From positions 96,001 to 160,000 of the forward strand of contig CAXXGJ010000025.1 of assembly GCA_963677895.2 (NCBI GenBank): a DNA stretch of 64,000 bases, in the 5' to 3' direction. Under the pieces are notes generated by a model. It was not told where the DNA came from. It saw only the letters and a list, made by a program, of their open reading frames with translations, and searched no databases. Both the position numbers and the translations under genes were made by a program. Below are positions 29,502 to 39,200 of the stretch, piece by piece. Each line of letters opens with the position of its first letter. The stretch's first letter is position 1. Source of the stretch: Treponemataceae bacterium. GTDB taxonomy: Bacteria > Spirochaetota > Spirochaetia > Treponematales > Rectinemataceae.

Positions 29502-30275
29502 TCAGGAGGCTCTTTCAATCCAGCCCATGCTCCGCGAGATATCATGAGCGGCTTTCACGACATGGACGGCTACTTTTTCGGCGTCCAGCTCGGGGCGGAT
29601 TTCGATGGACCAGGAAGTGCTTATCGCGGAAATGATCTTGCCACGATAGTCCCTGATCGGCGCGGCGACGCAGTTCGTGCCCGGCTCGGCTTCCTGGTCG
29701 TCGCGGGACCAGCCGCGCTCCCGGCACCGGCTCATGTCGCCGATGAGCGCCGCGAGATCGCCATGGGTATGGGGGCCGAAGGGTTTGAACTCCTCGCCCG
29801 CGAGGAGGAGCCTGATCTCATCGTCGTCCATGTCCAGCATCAGGGCCTTGCCGAGGGCGGTGCAGTAGAGCGGTTTCTGCTGTCCGATGATCGCGTACTT
29901 CCGCATGCTCGCGAATTGGTCATGACGGTCGATGTAGACCATCTTGCTGCCCTGCCTGCAGGCGAGAAAGACGATGGTTCCGAAGGCCGCGGCCAGCTCC
30001 TTCATCGCGGGAGCGGATTCGGTCTTCAGCTCGAGGCTATTGAGATACATGCTGCTCAGTTCGATAAAGCCCGGACCCAGCCGGTATTTGCCCGTGTCTT
30101 CCGCTTTCCTGGCGAACTCTCTCTGCTGGAGAACGGCGAGAAGGCGAAAGGTCGTGCTGCGGGGAAGCCCCGCTGAGTCGGCGATTTCGGAAAGGCCAAG
30201 CCCGCCGGCGGCCCGGGCGAGAATGTTGAGTATGTCGAATGCCCGATCGAGAGATTGGACCTTCATTTCGGCCAT
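29502..30275 (-). CDS. IclR family regulator (KdgR-like), divergent from kduI
   Basis: VQSLDRA, LSEIA...GLPRSTTFRLL, YCTALGKAL, DDQE...G..CVAAPI. Confidence 0.92.
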   Translation of the reverse strand: MAEMKVQSLDRAFDILNILARAAGGLGLSEIADSAGLPRSTTFRLLAVLQQREFARKAEDTGKYRLGPGFIELSSMYLNSLELKTESAPAMKELAAAFGTIVFLACRQGSKMVYIDRHDQFASMRKYAIIGQQKPLYCTALGKALMLDMDDDEIRLLLAGEEFKPFGPHTHGDLAALIGDMSRCRERGWSRDDQEAEPGTNCVAAPIRDYRGKIISAISTSWSIEIRPELDAEKVAVHVVKAAHDISRSMGWIERAS

Positions 30276-30318
30276 GATCGGATTCCTCCAAATTTCGTTC
30301 CGCCGCCTATGACGCGCC

Positions 30319-30388
30319 TTGACAGGAACGACAAAAAGATTATCATTAGGCAGGTCTATGTTCTGGAATTATATTCCATAGTGTGGAA
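30319..30388 (+). promoter_or_regulatory. kduI promoter with overlapping IclR-type palindromic operators
   Basis: TTGACA (30319), 16 bp spacer, TATCAT (30341); TGGAA-TTATA-TTCCA (30364-30378) and TTCCA-TAGTG-TGGAA (30374-30388). Confidence 0.7.
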
Positions 30389-30452
30389 CAAGTACAGGGC
30401 CGCCGGGCAATTTTTTGCCCCGGATGCCCGGATTCAACACAGAGAGGTATGT

Positions 30453-31283
30453 ATGGAAATCAGGGAATATGTAAACTCCGAGTACGCGAAGGGTCTGGAT
30501 ACCGAAGGACTCCGTTCGAATTTTCTCATCCGGAACGTTTTCGTCCCCGGCGAGATAACGATGACGTACAGCCATGTGGACAGGATGATAGCAGGCGGGG
30601 CGACGCCGGCCGGCGAAACGCTCAGCCTCGCCGCGACGAAGGAACTGGGCACCAGCTACTTCCTCGAGCGCAGGGAGATGGGCATCATCAACATCGGCGG
30701 CGCGGGGAGCGTCACCGTGGACGGAACGCGGTACGCCGTGGGTGCGCGCGACGGATTCTACGTCTCCATGGGATCGAAGGTGGTGGCCTTCGCGAGCGAC
30801 GACGCGAAGAATCCCGCCAAGTTCTACTTCAACAGCGCGCCGGCCCACAGAGCCTGTCCCACCAGGCTCGTCACTCTTGAACAGGCCAAGCACGTGGAGA
30901 TGGGAAGCGCGGCCGAATGCAACAAGCGCGTCATCAACCAGTTCATCCACCCGGCCGTCCTGGAAACCTGCCAGCTCGTCATGGGCATGACCATGTTCTC
31001 GGAAGGAAGCGTCTGGAACACGATGCCGGTCCACACGCACGAACGCAGGATGGAAGTCTACCTCTACTTCGACATGCCGAAGGACAGGCTCGTCTTCCAC
31101 CTCATGGGCAAACCGGGCGAGACGAGGCACATCGTGGTGCGCAACGAGGAAGCGGTGATCAGCCCCAGCTGGTCCATCCACGCCGGCGTCGGCACGGGCG
31201 CCTATACCTTCATCTGGGGCATGGCGGGAGAAAATCAAACTTTCACCGACATGGACGGAGTATCCATGGACAAATTGAACTAA
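30453..31283 (+). CDS. kduI: 5-dehydro-4-deoxy-D-glucuronate isomerase
   Basis: YSHVDR, FLERREMGIINIG, WNTMP.HTHERRMEVY, SPSWSIH.G.GT. Confidence 0.96.
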   Translation: MEIREYVNSEYAKGLDTEGLRSNFLIRNVFVPGEITMTYSHVDRMIAGGATPAGETLSLAATKELGTSYFLERREMGIINIGGAGSVTVDGTRYAVGARDGFYVSMGSKVVAFASDDAKNPAKFYFNSAPAHRACPTRLVTLEQAKHVEMGSAAECNKRVINQFIHPAVLETCQLVMGMTMFSEGSVWNTMPVHTHERRMEVYLYFDMPKDRLVFHLMGKPGETRHIVVRNEEAVISPSWSIHAGVGTGAYTFIWGMAGENQTFTDMDGVSMDKLN

Positions 31284-31305
31284 ACTTAGGGAAGGAAGTG
31301 AAACA

Positions 31306-32067
31306 ATGATACTGGATAAATTCAAGCTGGACGGAAAAGTCGCGATTGTCACGGGAAGCTCGACGGGACTGGGCCAGGGCGTATGCCTGGCGTACGCCGA
31401 GGCCGGCGCCGACGTCGTCGGCGTCGATTATGTCGAATCGACCGAGACGAAAAAACTCGTGGAAGGGCTGGGCAGGAAGTTCCTCGAAATCAAGGCCAAT
31501 CTCATGTCGATCGAGCCGATTCCCGGCATCATCGCCCAGACTCTGGCCGCTTTCGGACGCCTCGACATACTCGTGAACAACGCCGGCATCATCCGCCGCG
31601 AGGATGCCATCGATTTCTCGGAGAAGAATTGGGATGACGTGATGAACATCAACGCCAAGACGCTTTTCTTCTTCAGCCAGGCGGCCGCGAAGCAGTTCAT
31701 CGCCCAGGGTTCGGGCGGCAAGATCATCAATATCGCCTCGATGCTCTCCTTCCAGGGCGGCATCAGGGTTCCGTCCTACACCGCGTCGAAGAGCGCCGTC
31801 ATGGGCTTGACGAGGCTGATGGCCAACGAATGGGCCAAGTTCGGCATCAACGCCAACGCGATGGCTCCCGGATACATGGCGACGAACAATACTCAGGCGC
31901 TCAGGGCCGACGCGGAACGGAGCGAGGCGATTCTCGGACGCATTCCCGCCGGACGATGGGGCACTCCCGCCGACGTGCAGGGTCTCGCGGTTTTCCTCGC
32001 GTCGGCGGCGAGCGATTACGTGAACGGATACACGGTCGCCGTGGACGGAGGCTGGCTGGCGCGTTGA
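31306..32067 (+). CDS. kduD: 2-dehydro-3-deoxy-D-gluconate 5-dehydrogenase
   Basis: NNAGIIRR, ASMLSFQGGIRVPSYTASKS, VDGGWLAR. Confidence 0.96.
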   Translation: MILDKFKLDGKVAIVTGSSTGLGQGVCLAYAEAGADVVGVDYVESTETKKLVEGLGRKFLEIKANLMSIEPIPGIIAQTLAAFGRLDILVNNAGIIRREDAIDFSEKNWDDVMNINAKTLFFFSQAAAKQFIAQGSGGKIINIASMLSFQGGIRVPSYTASKSAVMGLTRLMANEWAKFGINANAMAPGYMATNNTQALRADAERSEAILGRIPAGRWGTPADVQGLAVFLASAASDYVNGYTVAVDGGWLAR

Positions 32068-32095
32068 ACGAGGTTGGCTGACGCGCCGAACGAGG
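32053..32095 (+). repeat. Imperfect tandem duplication (period 22) of the kduD 3' end
   Basis: TGGCTGGCGCGTTGAACGAGG (32053-32073) vs TGGCTGACGCGCCGAACGAGG (32075-32095). Confidence 0.75.
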
Positions 32096-32114
32096 CGCGA
32101 TAGGAGGTGGTTCC

Positions 32115-32573
32115 ATGATTGCGACAAACCTGAGGAATATCGGACGCTACAAGGGCTTGGGCGACAACCTCGACGAAGCCATCGACTGGCTATCGGGGAG
32201 CGACTGGAAAAACCTGCCCGACGGGAAACATGAGATAAACGGCGAAAATGTCTACGCCATCGTCTCGCGCTATCCTTCGAAACCCGCCGATGCCTGCCGC
32301 TTCGAGACGCACCGCCAATACATCGACATCCAGCTGGTCGCATCGGGCGCCGAACTCATCGAGGTGAGAACGGCCGAGGGACTGAAAGTGGCGGAACCCT
32401 ACAAGCCCGACATCGAGTTCTACGCCGCGCCAGAAGCGGGATCGTACGATACGCTGCTGATGGTGCCGGGAGCGGTGGCCATACTCTTTCCCGAGGATGC
32501 CCATCGCCCCTGCATAGCGATCGAGGGCGTTCCGATAGCGATACATAAAGTGGTGATAAAAGTAGCCATCTGA
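32115..32573 (+). CDS. YhcH/YjgK/YiaL family protein
   Basis: FETHRQYIDIQ, FPEDAH.P, KVVIKV. Confidence 0.92.
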   Translation: MIATNLRNIGRYKGLGDNLDEAIDWLSGSDWKNLPDGKHEINGENVYAIVSRYPSKPADACRFETHRQYIDIQLVASGAELIEVRTAEGLKVAEPYKPDIEFYAAPEAGSYDTLLMVPGAVAILFPEDAHRPCIAIEGVPIAIHKVVIKVAI

Positions 32574-32601
32574 AGAAATTTCTGCAAGGAGAAACGCGAC
32601 G

Positions 32602-33639
32602 ATGAATGTAGTGACCTTCGGGGAAATAATGCTCAGGCTCAAGTCGCCGGGACAGGAAAGGCTTTTCCAGTCTCCGTTCATGGAAGCCACCTTCGGCGGA
32701 AGCGAAGGCAACGTGGCCGTGGCCCTCGCGAGGATGGGACAGCCGGCCAGCTTCGCCACGGTGCTTCCCGACAACCAGATCGGCAGGGAATGCGTGAGGG
32801 AACTGCGCTATCACGGCGTGGATGTCTCCCTCATAAAATTCAAGCCGGGACGCATGGGCATTTATTTCTTCGAAAACGGAGCCAATCAGCGACCGTCCAA
32901 CGTCATCTATGACAGGGCCGGATCGGCGATCGCCGAGATCGAGCCGGGCGACATCGACTGGGCGGCGGCCTTCGCGGGAGCCGGATGGTTCCACCTCTCG
33001 GGCATCACGCCGGCTATCTCCAGGAAATCGGCCGACGCCTCCATAGCGGCGGCGAAGGCCGCGCGCGAGGCTGGACTCACGGTTTCCTTCGATCTCAATT
33101 TCCGCGCGAAGCTCTGGAAATATGGGGCCAAGGCCAAGGACGTCATGTCCGAAATCGCGGCCTACGCCGACGTCCTCATCGGGAATGAGGAGGATTACCA
33201 GAAATCGCTCGGAATCGAGGGGCCGGCGAGCGCGGGCGCGGGCGCGATAGATACCGCCGAGTATTCCGCGATGTGCGCTCGAGCTCTCGCTAAGTTTCCC
33301 GCGGCGAAATACGCCGCCGTGACGTTGCGCGAAAGCCATTCAGCCGACAGCAACGACTGGTCGGCGATGCTCGCTTCGCGTGAAAGCGCGCGCGAAGGCG
33401 CGATGGTTTCAAGACGTTATGCGATAACTGATATCGTCGACAGGGTGGGCGCCGGCGACAGCTTCTCCGCCGGACTCATCTACGGACTCATCCAGTACGG
33501 CGAGCCGAGGCAGGCCCTCGAATACGCGGTCGCCCTCTCCTGTCTCAAGCATTCCATGTCGGGCGATTTCGCCCTCATCGAACCGGGCGAAGTGCAGAAG
33601 CTCTTGGGTGGCGACGCTTCGGGACGAGTCCAGCGTTGA
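32602..33639 (+). CDS. kdgK: 2-keto-3-deoxygluconate kinase (PfkB family)
   Basis: FGEIMLRL, HLSGITPA, DLNFR.KLW, VDRVGAGDSF. Confidence 0.88.
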   Translation: MNVVTFGEIMLRLKSPGQERLFQSPFMEATFGGSEGNVAVALARMGQPASFATVLPDNQIGRECVRELRYHGVDVSLIKFKPGRMGIYFFENGANQRPSNVIYDRAGSAIAEIEPGDIDWAAAFAGAGWFHLSGITPAISRKSADASIAAAKAAREAGLTVSFDLNFRAKLWKYGAKAKDVMSEIAAYADVLIGNEEDYQKSLGIEGPASAGAGAIDTAEYSAMCARALAKFPAAKYAAVTLRESHSADSNDWSAMLASRESAREGAMVSRRYAITDIVDRVGAGDSFSAGLIYGLIQYGEPRQALEYAVALSCLKHSMSGDFALIEPGEVQKLLGGDASGRVQR

Positions 33640-34677
33640 ATGCCGCGGTTTAGGGTAGCGAAGGAAGGACCGGCCGACTTCAGGACGATTTCGGAGGCCC
33701 TGGCCGCGATGGCCGCCGTCGAAGCCGATGCTTGCGGCGCCGAAGCCGGCCATCGCGGCGCCGATGCGGCCGTGATTTCCATCGCCGCCGGAATCTATCG
33801 CGAAAAATTGAGAATCGAGCGCCCGGGAGTAACCCTGATCGGCGAGGGGCGCGACTCGACGATCATAAGCTGGGACGATCACGCCACAAAACCTCTCCCC
33901 TCCGGCGAGCCGATGCGTACCTTCAATTCTTATACGCTCTATGTCGGATCCGCGGATTTCCAGGCGCGCGACCTTTGCGTGGAAAATTCGGCGGGCGACG
34001 GAAGAGCGGTGGGACAGGCGGTGGCCTGTTACGTCGACGCCGACAGGGCGGCATTTTACGGATGCGAATTCCTCGCGCGTCAGGACACCCTCTGCCTTGG
34101 CCCTTTGCCCGCCAATCCCCTCCCCAAGGGTTTGAACACGCTCCATCCCGTCGCGATAGCCAAGGCGGGCGACGAGTCACGGCCTTTCAGGCACTATTTC
34201 AGGAACTGCCGTATCGAGGGCGACATCGACTTCATCTTCGGGTCGGCCGCTGCCCTCTTCGAAGATTGCGACATAATCAGCCTGGAGCGAGGGGAGACGG
34301 TGAACGGCTATGTGACGGCGCCGTCGACACTTCCGGGCCAGCGCCATGGTTTCGTCTTCCTGGATTGCAGGCTGGGCGGAAACGCGGCCAAGGGCAGCGT
34401 GTTTTTGGGACGCCCCTGGCGCGCCTCGGCCAAGGCGGCCTTTCTGCGCTGCGAACTGGGCGGACACATAGCCGGATACGGATGGGACAACTGGGACAAC
34501 CCAGCCAACGAGCGCAGCGCCGAGTTCGCGGAGTTCGGCAATCGGGGCGAGGGAGCCGCCGGCGAGCGCGCGGCCTGGTCCCTCAAACTGGATGAAAAAA
34601 GCGCCGGCGGCTTTACGCCTCAGGCCATACTTTCAGGCGCTGACGGCTGGAGTCCTTGGGCTGGATCCCCGGACTAG
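33640..34677 (+). CDS. Pectin methylesterase (CE8), no signal peptide
   Basis: GIYREK, QAVA, QDTL, EGDIDFIFG, LGRPW, GWDNW. Confidence 0.92.
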   Translation: MPRFRVAKEGPADFRTISEALAAMAAVEADACGAEAGHRGADAAVISIAAGIYREKLRIERPGVTLIGEGRDSTIISWDDHATKPLPSGEPMRTFNSYTLYVGSADFQARDLCVENSAGDGRAVGQAVACYVDADRAAFYGCEFLARQDTLCLGPLPANPLPKGLNTLHPVAIAKAGDESRPFRHYFRNCRIEGDIDFIFGSAAALFEDCDIISLERGETVNGYVTAPSTLPGQRHGFVFLDCRLGGNAAKGSVFLGRPWRASAKAAFLRCELGGHIAGYGWDNWDNPANERSAEFAEFGNRGEGAAGERAAWSLKLDEKSAGGFTPQAILSGADGWSPWAGSPD

Positions 34678-36122
34678 ATCCCTGAGCCGGATTTCGTGGC
34701 CGACAGAGGCTGCGCGGGCGTTATCGCGCATCCTTCCTCGACTTGAATGCCGCAGCCGCCGCAGTTATGAATCTGGACGCCGCTGAGTGAACAATCAACA
34801 TTTTTCAGCCTCAAGCCCCTGTGGGTCGTTTCCTCGAGCCCCTGGTACATTTCCGATTGACTCACCGGCACGAGATTGTCGCCGGCCATGGAAATCACGC
34901 AGTTCTCCAATATGAGATTGCCAATTCTCGATTCGGGAAGACCGACAATGAAGCCAGCCGAAGCCCGGCATTCGGAAGCCACGAGATTCGCCACCTTGAT
35001 ATTCCGGAATTGAGGAGTCAGGGGCGAAACCTCTTGGGGGAATTTAGAGAAAAGCGCGGGGGCATCTTCGGCTTGCGCCCCGCAGTTGTAGTAAAGATTG
35101 ACGGTGAGGGGAGCGAGGACTCTTTCCATCACAAGGTTCTGGAACAGCAAATTCTGGACCTTGCCGCCCCTTCCCCTTCGGCTCTTAATGCGTATGCCGC
35201 GGTCCGTTCCTATGAAGCGGCAATTGCTTACATCCACATTCTCGATGCCGCCGGCCGTTTCGCTTCCTATCACCACCCCGCCATGGCCGCTCAGGAAGGT
35301 GCATCCGGAAATCTTGACATTGCGCGTCGGCCGGTTTTCCGCCAGGCCCTGGGGACCCGCTCCCGCCTTGAGGGCGAGGCAGTCGTCGCCCACGTTCACG
35401 ACGCAGTCGACGATGGTTATGTCGGAACAGGAATCTATGTCGATGCCATCGGTATTCGGGGCATCGCTGGGATTCTCGATCCTGACGTTGTCTATGAGAA
35501 TCCTGCTGGAAAAAACGGGGTGCAGCGTCCAGAACGGCGAATTTCTGAGCGTCACGCCTCGAAGCGTCACGCCCTCGCAGGAGAGGAATTGGACGAGAGG
35601 GGGTCTGAGGAACTGGGTCTCGCGGCCTCCTCCGCCTGAGGGTTGGTTCAACCCCAGGCGGTTGAGGGCTCCAAGTCTTTTTTCGATGGCGCTGACCGGC
35701 CCCGCCTGTTTCTCCGCTTTCTTTCTGCGATGGGTTTCCCACCAGGTTTTCCCGTTTCCGTCTATGACGCCCTCGCCGATGATCGCCACGTTCCTGGCGT
35801 TCTTCGCGAAGACGAGAGGATGCATGGCGTGGCAGACGATGCCTTCCCAGCGCGTCTCGACAGGTTCGTAGCGTTCGGGATCGTCGATGAAAAGAAGGGT
35901 CGCACCTCTCGCCAGCTCCAGGGTCGTATTGTCCGGAAGTTCGATCGGCCCCGTGAGGAAGGTGCCTGCCGGCACGAGGATGTGGCCTTCGCCCTTTTCG
36001 CGGATGCCGGCGAGCAGCCGGGAAAAAACGGGCGAACAGTCCACCAGCCCGCCTGGTTCCGCGCCGAAATCCATTATGTTGTCGCTGGGAATCATAGACT
36101 TGAATTGTCGTTCTAATCCCAT
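34674..36122 (-). CDS. GH28 polygalacturonase (exo-type, cytoplasmic)
   Basis: NTDGID, GDDC, GHGG, RIKS catalytic motifs; no signal peptide. Confidence 0.93.
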   Translation of the reverse strand: MGLERQFKSMIPSDNIMDFGAEPGGLVDCSPVFSRLLAGIREKGEGHILVPAGTFLTGPIELPDNTTLELARGATLLFIDDPERYEPVETRWEGIVCHAMHPLVFAKNARNVAIIGEGVIDGNGKTWWETHRRKKAEKQAGPVSAIEKRLGALNRLGLNQPSGGGGRETQFLRPPLVQFLSCEGVTLRGVTLRNSPFWTLHPVFSSRILIDNVRIENPSDAPNTDGIDIDSCSDITIVDCVVNVGDDCLALKAGAGPQGLAENRPTRNVKISGCTFLSGHGGVVIGSETAGGIENVDVSNCRFIGTDRGIRIKSRRGRGGKVQNLLFQNLVMERVLAPLTVNLYYNCGAQAEDAPALFSKFPQEVSPLTPQFRNIKVANLVASECRASAGFIVGLPESRIGNLILENCVISMAGDNLVPVSQSEMYQGLEETTHRGLRLKNVDCSLSGVQIHNCGGCGIQVEEGCAITPAQPLSATKSGSGI

Positions 36123-36223
36123 GAACTGACAATTGTCTTTAATGGTGTCTTTTTGGATTTTTCTGATATCCAGCTATCGAGAATCGTGAATTTCCATTGA
36201 CATATCTCCCCACTGGCCCGAAA

Positions 36224-39200
36224 ATGAGAAAAAAGCGGCACGTCGGCATGCGCGGAGGAGAAGAGCCTATTCGCCCCGGAAAAGATTCCAAAAACAGAAA
36301 ACGCATCGCCTTCCTTCTCGCTTCCATCCACAGCGGGTCATCCACGAAGGTCTGGCCCGAAATTCTCGCCGAAAGCAAAAAACATCAGTGCACACTCTTC
36401 GTTTTTCCCGGCGGAAGACTTGCCAGCCATGATGAATTCGAATACATGAGGAACGGCATTTTCGGCCTGGTTGGCGCCCAGAGCTTCGACGGGGCCATAA
36501 GCTGGGCTTCTTCACTGAGCGGATTCGCTTCTGAAAAGCAGGTGGAGGATTTCCTGCTTTCCCATATCGACATGCCCCTCGTCACCTTCGGGCTCAAGAT
36601 CAGGGACACTCCCGTCGTCAACATAGACACCTACGCGGGCATGAAACAGCTCGTCTTTCATTTGGCCAAGCGGCATAAATGCGAAAGGATCGCGTATGTC
36701 GGGGGCCCCCGCGCCCATTCCTCGGCCGAGGACCGCTACAGGGCCTACCGCGACGCGCTCGGGGAACTGGGGCTGCGCTTCGACCCAAACTTGGCTTCTC
36801 TCGACAATTCATGGACCGAAGGACGAAAGGCCATGCTCGATCTTCTCGACGGGAGGAAGCTGAAACCGGGCACCGATTTCGACGCGCTCTGCGCCGCCAG
36901 CGATCTTTTGGCCTTCGAAGCCGCCGAGCTCCTTCAGGAGCGAGGATTCAGGATACCGGCTGACATCGCTCTGGGCGGTTTCAACGATACGGACGAGAGC
37001 AATCTTTTCTCGCCTACCTATACGACGGTGCGAATGCCTTTCGAGCGGCAGGCTCCGCAGGCTTTCCATATGCTGCTCGACAGGCTGGACGGGAAAAATC
37101 CGGCCGACAAGGTGCTGAAGACAAAACTTGTCATAAGGCAATCCTGCGGATGTCTCACCGAATCGGTTCACCTGGCGGGGATGACCGCATCTTCCCGCTG
37201 GAAAGGAATGGCGGCGGATGCCGCCGCCGCGTCCGAAGCCGAAATCCTTCATTTCGTTGCCAGCGTCGCGGGTTTTACGCCCGAAGAATCTTCGCTGTAC
37301 CTCGAGCCCATAGTATCCAGTTTTCTCGCCTGCCTGTCCGGCAGATCGAGAGGACGCTTTCTCAATACCCTCGACACCATCCTGAACGGTTTCATTTTCC
37401 GGGACGGGGATATAGAGACATTCCAGGATATCCTTTCGGCGCTGAGAATCAGCTGCAGAAGCCGGACGGCTTCGCCCGCGTCGGAGGCCATGTTCGAAAC
37501 GCTTCTCAGCCAGGGGAGGGTTCTCGTATCGGACGCCGAAAAACGGATAAGCAACTATAGGGCATGGAAGGAAAAAGAGTTCGACCATTGGCTCTATATC
37601 CTCAACCACGAACTGCTTTGCGCCAAGGATTTCGAGGCCATCGTGAGTATAGCCGGCCGCTGTCTCCCCAAACTGAATATCCAATCCGGCTTTTTCGTGC
37701 TGAACGGGAAAGATCCCGCTCACAGGATCTTCGCCGGAGGCTTCGACGCGACGGGAAGCCACGACGGCGGCGCGAAGATCCTGGAGCCGAAAGCCAACAG
37801 AAGGCTTTTCCCCTCGAGCCAGATTCTGCCGGAGGATATATATCCAGTCGGCAAGGGAGCCTATATCGTCCTCCCTCTCTATTATGAATCGACCTCGCTC
37901 GGCTATGTGATTCTGCGGCTCGAGAAGAGCGACGCCTATATTTTCGAGGAACTGCGCGCCATGTTTTCCTCGGCGATGCGGGGAGTCCTTCTTTTCGAGC
38001 AGGTGAACGAGGCGCGCAAAAGAGCGGAGAAAGCCGAAAAGATGAAGACGGAGTTCCTGGCGGGCATATCGGGAGAACTCCAGGAGCCCATGGGTTTCAT
38101 CTACGGCGCCGCGACCCGGCTTCTGGCGGACGCGAAGCCCGAACAGAGGGAGGATCTGGAAGCCATAGCTTCCTATTCAGCCCGTCAAATGGAACTCACG
38201 CGACATCTTCTGGATTTATCGCTGGCGCAGGTGGACGATCTCGCCTTGCACAGTTCGCTTTTCGACCCGCGATCTTTTATGGAAGGCTTCGCGGCGGCAT
38301 CGAGGGTCCAACAGCGAAGGAAAAAATGGGGTCCCGTCGGCATCTCGCCACCGGCGGGCAGCTCGCCACCGATAGGTGGCGAGCCACTGGTAAGTGGCGT
38401 TCCGCTCGCCTGGGGCGATGTCGCTCGCGTCGCGCAAGTCCTGGAAATCTTCCTCGACTGCCTTTTCCGCGATCTGGGGACTCCAAGCGTCGAAATTGTC
38501 CTTGGGATTTCGCCTTCCGGCATAGGATTCAAGATCGGCGGAGGCCCGAGCGGCGAGCGCGCCGCCCGGAACCTCGACGAGCTGCGCAGCCTCCTGGAAG
38601 CAGGTCCCGGAATCGCCTCGATGGAAAGGATGAAGATAGAATTGGAGCTCGCCAAACGCATTGCTTTCCTCCATGGAGGCAGCCTGCGATGCGAGGGAGA
38701 CGCCGAAGCTTTCAGCCTCGAACTTTGTCTGCCCTATCCATCCATGGAACCCTCGGCGCAGCGCGACGCGTCCGATCGCTGGAGCGCCGCCGTCGCGGCA
38801 TCAGGCACCATTGGGGTTCTCGGCGGGCGGCTTCCGGCCCCGCTGCTGGCCCTTTTCCCGGGATGGACGGCAAAAAAAATCGGCATCGCCGAAGCCGGCG
38901 GCTCGATGGTCCAAGCCGAGGCAATCTCCCTTCTCTACATCGACCCGACTTCCATGCAAGGAGAGGAGGCGGCGGCCGCCGGCCTTCTCCTCGACAACGG
39001 CGCCTTCCGAAGAGTGGGTTGTTATGTTCCCGCCTCAAGCTTCGCGTCCATTCCGGCATCCTGGGAAACGAATTCCGCGGCCGACAGTCCTTCCCTCGGC
39101 GATTTTCTCCTGCGCTTCGTTCCCGCAAAAGCATCCAACACCGTTCTCGTCCTGGGGGCTGCCGAACGCGGCGAAGATCCGGCCGGAAGCTGGGCGATCA

